A DNA stretch of 64,000 nucleotides, taken from NCBI GenBank assembly GCA_964649235.1, contig CAZYOZ010000002.1:4542-68541 (forward strand), given 5' to 3'. Below the pieces are notes generated by a model. That model worked only from the letters and a program-made list of their open reading frames with translations, had not been told where the DNA came from and did no database searches. The DNA is from an uncultured Candidatus Bathyarchaeia archaeon. GTDB lineage: Archaea; Thermoproteota; Bathyarchaeia; 40CM-2-53-6. How positions within the stretch are numbered: the first letter of the stretch is position 1; each line of letters opens with the position of its first letter. This document shows, in pieces, positions 9,115 through 17,996 of the stretch. Made by a program: the position numbers and the translations under genes.

Positions 9115-9579
9115 CTAGTGTTGCAATTTCAATTCGCGCCTTGTGTCAGGTTCAGTTTGCGAGGGTTCATGCGGGTTCCTGCTTACACGCATATTCTTTG
9201 TTTTGAGCGGTCTAACAGTCCGGAATATTTCTCGAATCCAATAGAATGAGAACCCCACGAGTATTATGGTTGGGGGTACGTACCCAAACAGCAACATCAA
9301 TGCCGCAAGCCCCCACAGCATAAGCACAACGCCCAAATTGTAGAGCTTAATCGCGCGCAAGTAACGTTTCTTATCTTCGAAGTCTAGCGCCTCAGAAAAC
9401 TGCTCTGCGGCCACCAGGAAAACGGCCAGCGACAGCGAGAACAGTGTGAGCGTGGTCATTGAGGTCTGGCTTTGTTGGACATAGGCGAGGATTATTGCCA
9501 TTACAGCCGCGACGATGCCTAAGAGGAAACCTGTATGGCCGACCATGGTTTCCGACCCCGCGCGCCATGCCAATGTCAT
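9115..9579 (-). CDS. Small integral membrane protein (about 4 TM), function unknown, located between pccB and accC
   Basis: 154 aa with several hydrophobic helices. Same strand as the carboxylase genes, with short gaps on both sides. Confidence 0.5.
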   Translation of the reverse strand: MTLAWRAGSETMVGHTGFLLGIVAAVMAIILAYVQQSQTSMTTLTLFSLSLAVFLVAAEQFSEALDFEDKKRYLRAIKLYNLGVVLMLWGLAALMLLFGYVPPTIILVGFSFYWIREIFRTVRPLKTKNMRVSRNPHEPSQTEPDTRRELKLQH

Positions 9580-9602
9580 CGCCTTGTCTCTCTCGCTCCC
9601 AG

Positions 9603-11171
9603 TTACAACGGAGGGTTCGCATGTTTCTTGGGAGGCCGGAGTTCGCGCTTGTTCAGTGCAGCTTCAAGTGCACGAATAAGGCGCGGGCGTGTCTCCTGGG
9701 GTTCGATAACGTCGTCCACGTATCCTCGCTCGGCTGCGACGTATGGATTCGCGAATTTCTCACGATATTCCTCGCGCAGCTTTGGGATACTCTGCTGGCC
9801 TGACGAGTCTGAAAGCTCTTTGCGATAGATGATCTTGATCGCAGCTTCAGGGCCCATTACGGCAATCTCTGCCGTGGGCCACGCGAAGTTGAAGTCAGCC
9901 CTTATGTGCTTGCTTCCCAGCACGTCGTATGCGCCTCCATAGGCTTTCCGTACAATTACGGTGAGCTTCGGGACCGACGCCTCGCAGTAAGCATACAACA
10001 GCTTGGCTCCGTTTCTAATTATGCCAGTATGTTCCTGGTCCACTCCGGGCAGGAAGCCGGGAACATCAACGAAGGTCAGAATTGGTATGTTGAACGAGTC
10101 GCAAAATCTTATGAAACGGGCAGCCTTGATGGAGGAACTGTTGTCCAGCGCGCCAGCAAAGTGCTTAGGCTGATTAGCGACAAGGCCAACACTCCTTCCG
10201 TCCAGCCGCCCGAAGCCCACCATAAGATTGGGTGCCCACTGCGCCTGCACCTCGAGAAAGCTACCAGTGTCGAGAACACGGTCAACAATGTCCTTAACGT
10301 CGTATGACTTGTCAGGATCAGAGGGAACTATGGACTGGAGCTCGTAATCCATTCTGTTAGGATCATCTCCAGTCTTCAGCACAGGCGGATCCTCTAGATT
10401 GTTTTGTGGGATGTAGGAGAGAATCGACTTGATCAAGTGAATGGCAGACGTATCGTCCTTCGCGAAGAAATGCGATACGCCAGAAACTTGGCTATGTACG
10501 GAGGCCCCGCCAAGGCCTTCGAATGTCACGTCCTCGTGTAGAACAGACTTTATCACGTCAGGACCAGTGATGAACATGTAGCTTGTCTTGTCAACCATTA
10601 TTACGAAATCCGTCAGCGCGGGGGAATATACAGCTCCGCCAGCGCAGGGTCCCATTATCGCGGAAATCTGCGGAACCACCCCGCTTGCAAGAACGTTCCT
10701 GTAGAAGATCTCCGCATAGCCGCCGAGGCTCACTACGCCTTCCTGAATTCGTGCACCTCCAGAATCATTCAAGCCTATGATAGGCGCTCCAACCTTCATC
10801 GCTTGGTCCATAATCTTGCAGACCTTTACAGCGAAGATCTCACCAAGTGAACCCCCGAAAACAGTGAAATCGTGGGCGAACAAATACACGGGGCGTCCGT
10901 CTACGGTACCATGGCCAGTAACAACGCCGTCACCCAGTATCCTTCGACTTTCCATCCCGAAATTATGGCTCTGGTGCAACGCAAACCGATCTACTTCAAC
11001 GAAGCTTCCTGCATCAAGAAGTAATTCTAAGCGTTCACGCGCGGTGAGTTTACCTTTCGCGTGCTGTTCATCAATCCGATCCTTTCCCCCACCTAAGAGT
11101 GCTTTTTCGCGAAGTTCCCTTAGTTGGTCGATTTTTCTCTTAAGAAGTGAATCTGTGTCCTTCAAGGACAT
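9603..11171 (-). CDS. pccB: Acyl-CoA carboxylase carboxyltransferase subunit (PccB/AccD family)
   Basis: 522 aa with full-length carboxyltransferase-family similarity (GGSLGEIFAVKVCK, GPCAGGAVYSPALTDF, AYGGAYDVLG). Confidence 0.9.
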   Translation of the reverse strand: MSLKDTDSLLKRKIDQLRELREKALLGGGKDRIDEQHAKGKLTARERLELLLDAGSFVEVDRFALHQSHNFGMESRRILGDGVVTGHGTVDGRPVYLFAHDFTVFGGSLGEIFAVKVCKIMDQAMKVGAPIIGLNDSGGARIQEGVVSLGGYAEIFYRNVLASGVVPQISAIMGPCAGGAVYSPALTDFVIMVDKTSYMFITGPDVIKSVLHEDVTFEGLGGASVHSQVSGVSHFFAKDDTSAIHLIKSILSYIPQNNLEDPPVLKTGDDPNRMDYELQSIVPSDPDKSYDVKDIVDRVLDTGSFLEVQAQWAPNLMVGFGRLDGRSVGLVANQPKHFAGALDNSSSIKAARFIRFCDSFNIPILTFVDVPGFLPGVDQEHTGIIRNGAKLLYAYCEASVPKLTVIVRKAYGGAYDVLGSKHIRADFNFAWPTAEIAVMGPEAAIKIIYRKELSDSSGQQSIPKLREEYREKFANPYVAAERGYVDDVIEPQETRPRLIRALEAALNKRELRPPKKHANPPL

Positions 11172-11248
11172 CGACCAATTCGAGATTGAAGCATTGTCAT
11201 CACTTATTAGTCTGTGGCACCAACTCGCCGAAAAGTTGGTTGATTTCG

Positions 11249-11830
11249 ATGAGGAGGCTGCCTCGCTACGGCCTGATCGCGTTCATCATTCTTGGCTTGG
11301 TCTTCGTTGGGAGAGGGGCCATGCTTTGGGGGCAAGCAGAGACGAGTGGCGTAATTCAAAATTGGGTTAGCCCCGCATCCACTATTCCTGGGAACACCTA
11401 CATGCTGACGTGGGGAGTTGACGGGTCACCGGAAAAAGAGCCTGACGTATGGCATTTCCACGTTGTCCTTGTTGCAAACAGTACAGCTGACGTTCTTCTT
11501 CTCTGGAACCTGAACGAGAGCATACTCTACCAGAAGAGCGGCTCCAAAATAGACGAAACCTTTGACGTGCCCTTGCCGCGCACAAATAATGCCTGGAGGT
11601 GGGACTGGATGATAAAGAACCCACAAAGTTCCATGCTGGGCGTCGCCAACTTCACCATCACCCACTACGCTATTATGTACCCCGAACGCCAGAATGGACT
11701 CATCGCTATTGGACTGGGCCTTGCAATTATCGCCGTTGCCGGTGTTTCATACACTTACCTTAGTCGGCGAGGTACTCAACTGAGTCAGCTGAACCGGAAT
11801 CAACCACCGTTGACGAACAATCCTTCCTAG
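11249..11830 (+). CDS. Membrane-anchored extracytoplasmic protein, function unknown
   Basis: N- and C-terminal TM helices flank a domain containing N-x-S/T sequons. The start is placed at the internal ATG (MRRLPRYGLIAF); the track ORF begins at 11147 inside pccB. The 3' tail overlaps the birA end by 71 nt. Confidence 0.45.
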   Translation: MRRLPRYGLIAFIILGLVFVGRGAMLWGQAETSGVIQNWVSPASTIPGNTYMLTWGVDGSPEKEPDVWHFHVVLVANSTADVLLLWNLNESILYQKSGSKIDETFDVPLPRTNNAWRWDWMIKNPQSSMLGVANFTITHYAIMYPERQNGLIAIGLGLAIIAVAGVSYTYLSRRGTQLSQLNRNQPPLTNNPS

Positions 11831-12572
11831 CTATCCTTACTTCTGTGAGACTTACAAGATCTGTGAGAGTTCCGACAAGCTGCACGTCACCAAGAAATAC
11901 CCTCACTTTACTGCCCGCAGAACAGTCATGCTCCCTCAACAAATCTAATGCTCGAGTGGTGTTGCCGGACAGGACAAGCCCATAGGACTGTTCGAACTCG
12001 AGCAAGATTGAACATATCAGCAATTCCCTGTTCACAGGCCGACCGATAACATCCAGCAGTGAGGTGCAGCTTTTGTTGAATCCTGTTAGCAGGCTGGAAG
12101 AGAAGTTCGCATTGACCCCTATACCGAGTAGCGCGAAATCCAAACTGTTTCCCCTTGACATACCCTCAGCCGAAACGCCTGCGAGCTTGCGGTGATCGAG
12201 AACTACATCGTTCGGCCAACGGACCTTCGTTCGGATCCCAAGGGTCGAGTTCACCCCTCTGGCAACCGCAAGCGCACCAATCAACGGAATAGATAACAAT
12301 GAGGAGAAGAGAGTAGGAGGTCGTAGGATCGCAGTGAGCCATATACCTCCTCTGGGGGAGAGCCAAGCTCTTCCGAACCTACCGCGCCCCTCTGTCTGAG
12401 TCTCAGAAACGATAGCGTACCCTTCAGGGGCTCCTGCCAGAGCGAGATCTCGGGCGACATCGTTAGTTGATGTGCACGCGTCCAGCAGCAGGCGCAATCG
12501 TCCGAACTGACGGGTTCGCAGACACCGGTCAATCTTGCGGTTATCCAAGAGCGACACCCCTTTCATCGGCAA
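11760..12572 (-). CDS. birA: Biotin--[acetyl-CoA-carboxylase] ligase
   Basis: 270 aa carrying the GRGRFGRAW signature. It has no N-terminal HTH extension. The start may be the ATG two codons in. Confidence 0.88.
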   Translation of the reverse strand: MPMKGVSLLDNRKIDRCLRTRQFGRLRLLLDACTSTNDVARDLALAGAPEGYAIVSETQTEGRGRFGRAWLSPRGGIWLTAILRPPTLFSSLLSIPLIGALAVARGVNSTLGIRTKVRWPNDVVLDHRKLAGVSAEGMSRGNSLDFALLGIGVNANFSSSLLTGFNKSCTSLLDVIGRPVNRELLICSILLEFEQSYGLVLSGNTTRALDLLREHDCSAGSKVRVFLGDVQLVGTLTDLVSLTEVRIARKDCSSTVVDSGSADSVEYLAD

Positions 12573-12692
12573 GCCATAAATGAACGAAGGGTTCGAGTTT
12601 CGCGAAGCATTCTCTTGTTATTGATCCGCGCAGCATAGGCGGCTGGAGATACGTACGCGGACTAAGCCAAATCAAAGGCGCTCAGCGGTGGC

Positions 12693-13526
12693 ATGTTGTC
12701 AAGTAGTTGTGTTCGAGGTAATTGTTTTGCTTATCTCTTTATTTACCACGCCGATCAGCAGACCGAAGGATCCTGTTTGAAGAAGACAGTTACTAGGACA
12801 CCCACTGGTATTCCAGGCCTAGACGAAATGCTGGCTGGAGGTTTTCCTCAGGGTAGGGTAGTGCTGGTTCTAGGAGAGCCTGGCGCGGGAAAAACCATCC
12901 TATGTTCACAATTTCTGTCAAACGGCCTATCCAAGTACGGTGAAAACGGACTCTTCGTTAGCTTGGAAGAAGCGAAGGGTCACTATCTTCGCGAAATGAG
13001 CGCCTTCGGCTGGGATTTCACAGCACCCGAAAAAGACGGAAAATTCAACTTCGTTGACGCTTCGCCAATCAGGTCGATTCCCGGCGAAGTTCGGGTCGGA
13101 AAACTCATGATTGGCAGGCAGGACTTCTCACTGGTGAGTCTCTTGGAGGTCATCAGAAGCAACGCGAAGGCAATTGGAGCACAACGCATTGTTGTAGACC
13201 CAGTCTCGCTCCTGATATTCCAGTACATCGATGAAACCGGCCGGCGAAAAGCGGTCCTAGACTTGGTAGAAGCGCTCACAGAGACCGGCGCAACTTGCAT
13301 CCTATCTTCAGAACTCCGGCGTGTAGGAATACGAGGAAGAGCTCTCCAGATCGAAGAGTACTTGGTTCACGGTGTAATTCTCATGCAGACAATAGCTGCA
13401 GGAAAGACAATGGAAAGAATCATACAGGTTGAGAAGATGCGCGAAACCCAGATTGACAGGCAACCCAGGCCCTACCGAATTACCGATAAGGGAATAGAAG
13501 TCTACCCGAGGGAAAGCGTGATCTAG
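12693..13526 (+). CDS. Single-domain KaiC/RadA-like RecA-superfamily ATPase
   Basis: It has GIPGLDEMLAGGFPQGRVVLVLGEPGAGKT (Walker A). The likely real start is the TTG at 12778 (MKKTVTRTPTGIPG), preceded by GAAGGA. Confidence 0.75.
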   Translation: MLSSSCVRGNCFAYLFIYHADQQTEGSCLKKTVTRTPTGIPGLDEMLAGGFPQGRVVLVLGEPGAGKTILCSQFLSNGLSKYGENGLFVSLEEAKGHYLREMSAFGWDFTAPEKDGKFNFVDASPIRSIPGEVRVGKLMIGRQDFSLVSLLEVIRSNAKAIGAQRIVVDPVSLLIFQYIDETGRRKAVLDLVEALTETGATCILSSELRRVGIRGRALQIEEYLVHGVILMQTIAAGKTMERIIQVEKMRETQIDRQPRPYRITDKGIEVYPRESVI

Positions 13527-13560
13527 GAAACTCAGGTCTTTGTCAGGTCGGTTTCTGCTC

Positions 13561-13848
13561 TCACTTCTCTTCTTGACTTGAACCTGAAGAGGCCTCTGTG
13601 GAAGCGCTCGGCGGTGGCGTCATAGGTTCAAGCGGCGCTGGCGGAGGAGTCGTGAGCATCGTCCACCCTATCCAGCCTGAAATCACGAGCACCAGCAGCA
13701 CGAAGAGCAGTACCGGTATGCCGATGGCCCACTCCTTCCAGTAGGCTGGAAGCCCCAGAAACGGGGCAAAGAATGCAGCCAAGTAGGCGACTGCAACGAT
13801 TACTGAGATGAGGAAGATCACAAAACCGTAACCTTGATCCTTACTCAT
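13561..13848 (-). CDS. Small two-TM membrane protein with a Pro/Ser-rich tail
   Basis: 95 aa with two clear hydrophobic helices and no recognizable family. Confidence 0.4.
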   Translation of the reverse strand: MSKDQGYGFVIFLISVIVAVAYLAAFFAPFLGLPAYWKEWAIGIPVLLFVLLVLVISGWIGWTMLTTPPPAPLEPMTPPPSASTEASSGSSQEEK

Positions 13849-13913
13849 CAGTTCTCACAAACCTTGACCGCGAACTAGTCTTTGAAGGGAATATAAGCCT
13901 TTGAGACCCACAG

Positions 13914-15767
13914 TTAGAGCTGCTTGTAGCCTGGCCTTTTGCTAACCAGCATCGGCAATCTGAGCGGCAACCACGGATAACCTTTGGTAGAGCCAGCAAC
14001 TTGTGACTGCAGGTCAGAGAGAGTGGCCGAGTATTGCTTCCCATCCTGCCTTCGGCGAACGGTAACCGCTTCTGATTCAACCTCCTTCCTGCCAACTACA
14101 ATTATGTAGGGGATCCAGTTCATCTCAGCGTCTCTCACGCGTTTGTCGACGCTTTCGTCCCTGTCGTCAATGTCAGTCCTGACATGCAAGTGCCCAAGTT
14201 CATTGGCCACGTTCGTGGAAAACTCGAGGAACTCGGGCCTAACCGGTATTATTCTCACTTGAGTAGGTGACAGCCAAACAGGCAATGACGGTTTTTCGCC
14301 TCGCGATTCCACTCTTGCACATTCGTCCAAGATAGTAAACAAGTACCGTTCGATGGAGCCTATGATAGCCGTATGAATTATCGGGGGGAATCGTCTTTCG
14401 CCTTTCTCATCAGCAAAAGAGATACCGAAGCGTGTGGCGTTGCCCAGGTCTATCTGGAATGTGGCTATTTCCCTTGGCCTTTCGAGCTCGTCAATAATGT
14501 GGTATTCGATATTTATGACCCAGTAGTATATGCCTTCGGGCACAAAGTTCAGCAGAGCTGGCTTGCCCTCACGTTTCACCAGCTTCATTACGTAATCTTT
14601 GTTCTGCTCTAGGAAGCTTTGCGTAATGTTGTAGACGGAGACATAGTCTCTGCCTAGCTTCGCTATCTCCTGGTAGATCTTGTCATGGAGTCTGAGCGTG
14701 ACTTCCTTCGCTTCTTCAAGATCCCTGCAGTAGACATGGCAGTCGGGCATGTGTAGTTTCCGCAACCTAAATGAAAGAAGGAGTTCTCCGCTCTGCTCCA
14801 ATCGGTAGGAATCTGCCACCTCGAACGTTCCAAACGGTAGATGCCGGTAACTCAAGGACCAAGTTCTGACTGCTGCAAACTGTTGGTGGCAAGCAGCGTA
14901 CCTCATTACGAAGCTCTTGTTTTCAGCCTCAAGTCGATATAGGCGGGAGCCAAAGAGCGCTGCGTGTTCCTTCACTGCGGGAACAGAAAGATCGAAGATG
15001 TTTGTACCTTTCACCTGAAGTATGGGAATGCCGACCGACGCTACAACATCCCAAGAGTATTCGCTGATTAAGTCAAATATCATTACACCCTCGGGGCTAT
15101 ACCTCATGTGGCCTTGGTCTGAGAAGCTCTCCCAGTCGATGCCGAACTTCTTGCAGTATTCCAGATAGCGGGGTTCGCCTCCTGCAAGCCCCTTCTTCAA
15201 CGCCTCCTTCTCGACGAGCGTGTGGAATTCGCTCTCGCCAGGCTTGAAGGCATATTCATCCGGCTCGTACAGTTTCCCGTCTAGGCCGAGAATCTTGTAG
15301 AACGTTTTCAGCGGCGGCGGCTCTGACTTGGCTTGGTTGGCGCGGATCGTTCTCGAAAGTTCAGATAGCGGATGTCCCAGGCATTTCAATCCAAACGTCT
15401 TGTAGTATCCAAATGGGCTTCGGTGCGTTTCGTAACCGAGTTCAGCTAAATGACCCGATAGCTCAGTGAGGATTTGGATGGCTGTGTTTCTGTCCGCCAG
15501 ACTGCTGGATAGGTGAGCGTACGGGTAGATCAGAACCCGTCTGATGCCAACGGATTGAGCTACCTGGTCAATGGATCGGACGCCTTCTTCTCCAACTTGG
15601 GAGGGATTTGTCTCATCTTCCTTCTCAATCGTGCAAAAGGCGACCAGTATGTTTTCGAATCTACCGCTTCTGTTCTCATCGGCAACTGGTTCGGGCAGGT
15701 CGACAGCTTTTTCGCGGACTGCGTATTCGAAGCTCTCACAATGGAGCAAAAGAAGCCTCATTCCCAC
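13914..15767 (-). CDS. thrS: Threonyl-tRNA synthetase, archaeal type with N-terminal editing domain
   Basis: 617 aa. The N-terminus MRLLLLHCESFEY is typical of the archaeal ThrRS editing domain, followed by a class II core and an anticodon-binding domain. Confidence 0.9.
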   Translation of the reverse strand: MGMRLLLLHCESFEYAVREKAVDLPEPVADENRSGRFENILVAFCTIEKEDETNPSQVGEEGVRSIDQVAQSVGIRRVLIYPYAHLSSSLADRNTAIQILTELSGHLAELGYETHRSPFGYYKTFGLKCLGHPLSELSRTIRANQAKSEPPPLKTFYKILGLDGKLYEPDEYAFKPGESEFHTLVEKEALKKGLAGGEPRYLEYCKKFGIDWESFSDQGHMRYSPEGVMIFDLISEYSWDVVASVGIPILQVKGTNIFDLSVPAVKEHAALFGSRLYRLEAENKSFVMRYAACHQQFAAVRTWSLSYRHLPFGTFEVADSYRLEQSGELLLSFRLRKLHMPDCHVYCRDLEEAKEVTLRLHDKIYQEIAKLGRDYVSVYNITQSFLEQNKDYVMKLVKREGKPALLNFVPEGIYYWVINIEYHIIDELERPREIATFQIDLGNATRFGISFADEKGERRFPPIIHTAIIGSIERYLFTILDECARVESRGEKPSLPVWLSPTQVRIIPVRPEFLEFSTNVANELGHLHVRTDIDDRDESVDKRVRDAEMNWIPYIIVVGRKEVESEAVTVRRRQDGKQYSATLSDLQSQVAGSTKGYPWLPLRLPMLVSKRPGYKQL

Positions 15768-15814
15768 ATCAACTCATTGTGGTCCCGCTTGCTCACTCTT
15801 CTCTTAGACCCAAA

Positions 15815-16021
15815 CTAAGCTAAGAAGCGCCATTTGTCCACTTGGCGGTCCTTTCGGGATCGTTTCTTGTATTCCTTGTAATGCACTTTGCAGAGATAAG
15901 CCCTGCGAACGTTGCCAATGTTGATGCCAGCGCGGCCGACTTTTTCGGGTGAAATAGATCGAACCGCTGTAGCGTTGCAACCAAGAACGTTGCACTGCTG
16001 TCCCTTCGCTACCTTTCCCAT
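15815..16021 (-). CDS. Small basic putative zinc-binding protein
   Basis: 68 aa with CNVLGC...CKVH (C-x4-C...C-x2-H) and a Lys/Arg-rich tail. It lies 47 nt upstream of thrS on the same strand. Confidence 0.4.
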   Translation of the reverse strand: MGKVAKGQQCNVLGCNATAVRSISPEKVGRAGINIGNVRRAYLCKVHYKEYKKRSRKDRQVDKWRFLA

Positions 16022-16130
16022 CGGAATCAGTCCCAGATCACGCCTGAGTGGTTGAAAAACCTGGTTTCAAGCAGATACTGCACGAAATGTCAATAAAGTT
16101 TGGGCACACATGGGGCCCTGATGAACAACA

Positions 16131-16727
16131 TTGCTCGGATCGCTACGAGAGAAGTATGAGTACCTAATGCAACCAGTCGGGAAACGGCTGGGAAGGCTAG
16201 GTGCTACCCCGAATAACCTAACCACCGCCAGTCTATTAGTCTCATGTGCGGCTGGGGCCGCATATATGTTCAAGGCTCCGCTTCTGGGTGCTGCTGGACT
16301 GCTCATGTCAGGATTTGTGGACATGCTCGATGGAGCTGTTGCACGAGCGACCGGAAATGTCACGAGATTCGGCGCCGTCTACGATCATGTCTTAGACAGG
16401 TATGCTGAGTTCGCAGTTTTGCTGGGGATAGGAACTGGGGGCCTTGTGGATTGGCCGTGGGTTCTCATTGGTCTATTCGGGATGCTGATGGCAAGCTTTG
16501 TGAGAGCCAAGGCAGAATCGGTCGGGGGGTTAAAGAGTTGCACCGTTGGGCTGGCCGAGAGACAAGAGAAGTTGCTTCTGCTGCTGGCCGGATCACTACT
16601 TCAGCCAATTCTCCCGGTCGCTTTGTCTGCTTCTGTTGTCATCGTAGCGATCATATCTCATGTGACTGTTGTTCAGAGACTAGTCTACACATACAGGCAG
16701 ACGCGAGGGCTGCGGGTTGACATTTGA
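16131..16727 (+). CDS. CDP-alcohol phosphatidyltransferase (archaetidylinositol-phosphate-synthase-like)
   Basis: 198 aa, multi-TM. It carries the motif DMLDGAVARATGNVTRFGAVYDHVLDRYAE, which fits D-x2-DG-x2-AR...G-x3-D-x3-D. Confidence 0.85.
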   Translation: MLGSLREKYEYLMQPVGKRLGRLGATPNNLTTASLLVSCAAGAAYMFKAPLLGAAGLLMSGFVDMLDGAVARATGNVTRFGAVYDHVLDRYAEFAVLLGIGTGGLVDWPWVLIGLFGMLMASFVRAKAESVGGLKSCTVGLAERQEKLLLLLAGSLLQPILPVALSASVVIVAIISHVTVVQRLVYTYRQTRGLRVDI

Positions 16728-17646
16728 TCTTGTCGGGGTGGGAAACCCAGTTTATGACATAATCGAGAGCCCTGTCGCCAAGACTAGGGGTCGCGTTCTC
16801 TCTGGGTGCAGCACCAACGCATGCCTTGCTGCTAGAAAACTTGGGATGAGCAAGGTGGGTCTAATTGGGGCAGTTGGAAAGGACTACTTGGACACATTTC
16901 TGTCCGACATGAAAAGATACGGCATTGCGACAGAACTCAACGCAACCAGCCCGGAAACCGGGGGCTTCAGGCTCATTTACGATACAAGCGGCGATAGAAC
17001 GCTGGAAGTTTTGGGTGTGGCCCAGAGGATAACTTCGAAGAACATACCCGAGAATTTTCTCGACGCCAAGTACGTCCTGCTCGGGCCGATATTGGGAGAA
17101 GTTGATCTGGAGCTGGTGCAGTTCCTGAAATCTTCTTCCAACTGCAAGCTGTTCCTAGATCCCCAGGGATTGGTGCGGGTGGTTCAAGAAAACGGCAAGG
17201 TAATTCACAACTGCGACAGAAATTCTTTCAGGAAGGTCGCAGAACTAGTCGATTTCATCAAACCCAATGAGCCTGAAAGTCAAACGATAACTCGCGCGAA
17301 AGACCCGATTGATGCGCTACGGCACTTGCGCGGATTTGGGACGCCTGTCTGCATGATCACGCTCGCAGAGCGAGGGTCACTCGTGCTTGAGAATAGCGAG
17401 TTTTACAGAATTCCTGCCTACCGCACTAACGCGGTTGATCCTACAGGTGCGGGTGACGTCTACGCCGGAGCCTTTCTGGTCAACTACAGTGGCGCTAGGA
17501 ACTTGGTTGACTCGGCTCTGTTTGCTAGCGCCGCGGCGTCAATCATGGTTGAGCAGATAGGGCCCGATTTCCAGATGGCTGTGGAAAATGTCATGAAAAG
17601 GAAGGACTTGATCCGTGGGAGAGTGTTGGCAGAAAGGTTTGCTTAG
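16717..17646 (+). CDS. PfkB/ribokinase-family carbohydrate kinase
   Basis: 309 aa with a VGVGNPVYD N-terminus and the DPTGAGDVYAGAF catalytic motif. It overlaps the upstream transferase by 11 nt. Confidence 0.85.
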   Translation: MTFDLVGVGNPVYDIIESPVAKTRGRVLSGCSTNACLAARKLGMSKVGLIGAVGKDYLDTFLSDMKRYGIATELNATSPETGGFRLIYDTSGDRTLEVLGVAQRITSKNIPENFLDAKYVLLGPILGEVDLELVQFLKSSSNCKLFLDPQGLVRVVQENGKVIHNCDRNSFRKVAELVDFIKPNEPESQTITRAKDPIDALRHLRGFGTPVCMITLAERGSLVLENSEFYRIPAYRTNAVDPTGAGDVYAGAFLVNYSGARNLVDSALFASAAASIMVEQIGPDFQMAVENVMKRKDLIRGRVLAERFA

Positions 17647-17918
17647 TAGAAGCGCCTCTCTTCGCGAGACCTAACCTTCGATATGCCGAAATGGACGGCG
17701 CATGAAACGCAATAGAACTTGACGACCCGCTGCCGAGCAATGTAAGCACCGTGTGCTCGCAACTCTCGCGCTAGCGTTGGGTCAACGAGGGATACCCATG
17801 TTGTTGTACGCTTGGCCTTGTCACGCGGAACCGCCATCCCACAGTTTGTGCACTGAATCATCTCGCTTCTCCCCTTTCCTCCCTTGCTCCGCCCGCGCGA
17901 CTTTCTCTTCTTGGACAT
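17643..17918 (-). CDS. rps26e: 30S ribosomal protein eS26
   Basis: 91 aa reading MSKKRKSRGRSKGGKGRSEMIQCTNCGMAVPRDKA...CVSCAVH, the eS26 zinc-ribbon pattern. Confidence 0.85.
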   Translation of the reverse strand: MSKKRKSRGRSKGGKGRSEMIQCTNCGMAVPRDKAKRTTTWVSLVDPTLARELRAHGAYIARQRVVKFYCVSCAVHFGISKVRSREERRFY

Positions 17919-17996
17919 ATCTTGTCCTCAAGCCTAAAGCCAGCGTGCACTGCTTAAATGTTGTTGTAACTAATGCTGAAGGCGACCAACCGGGTA

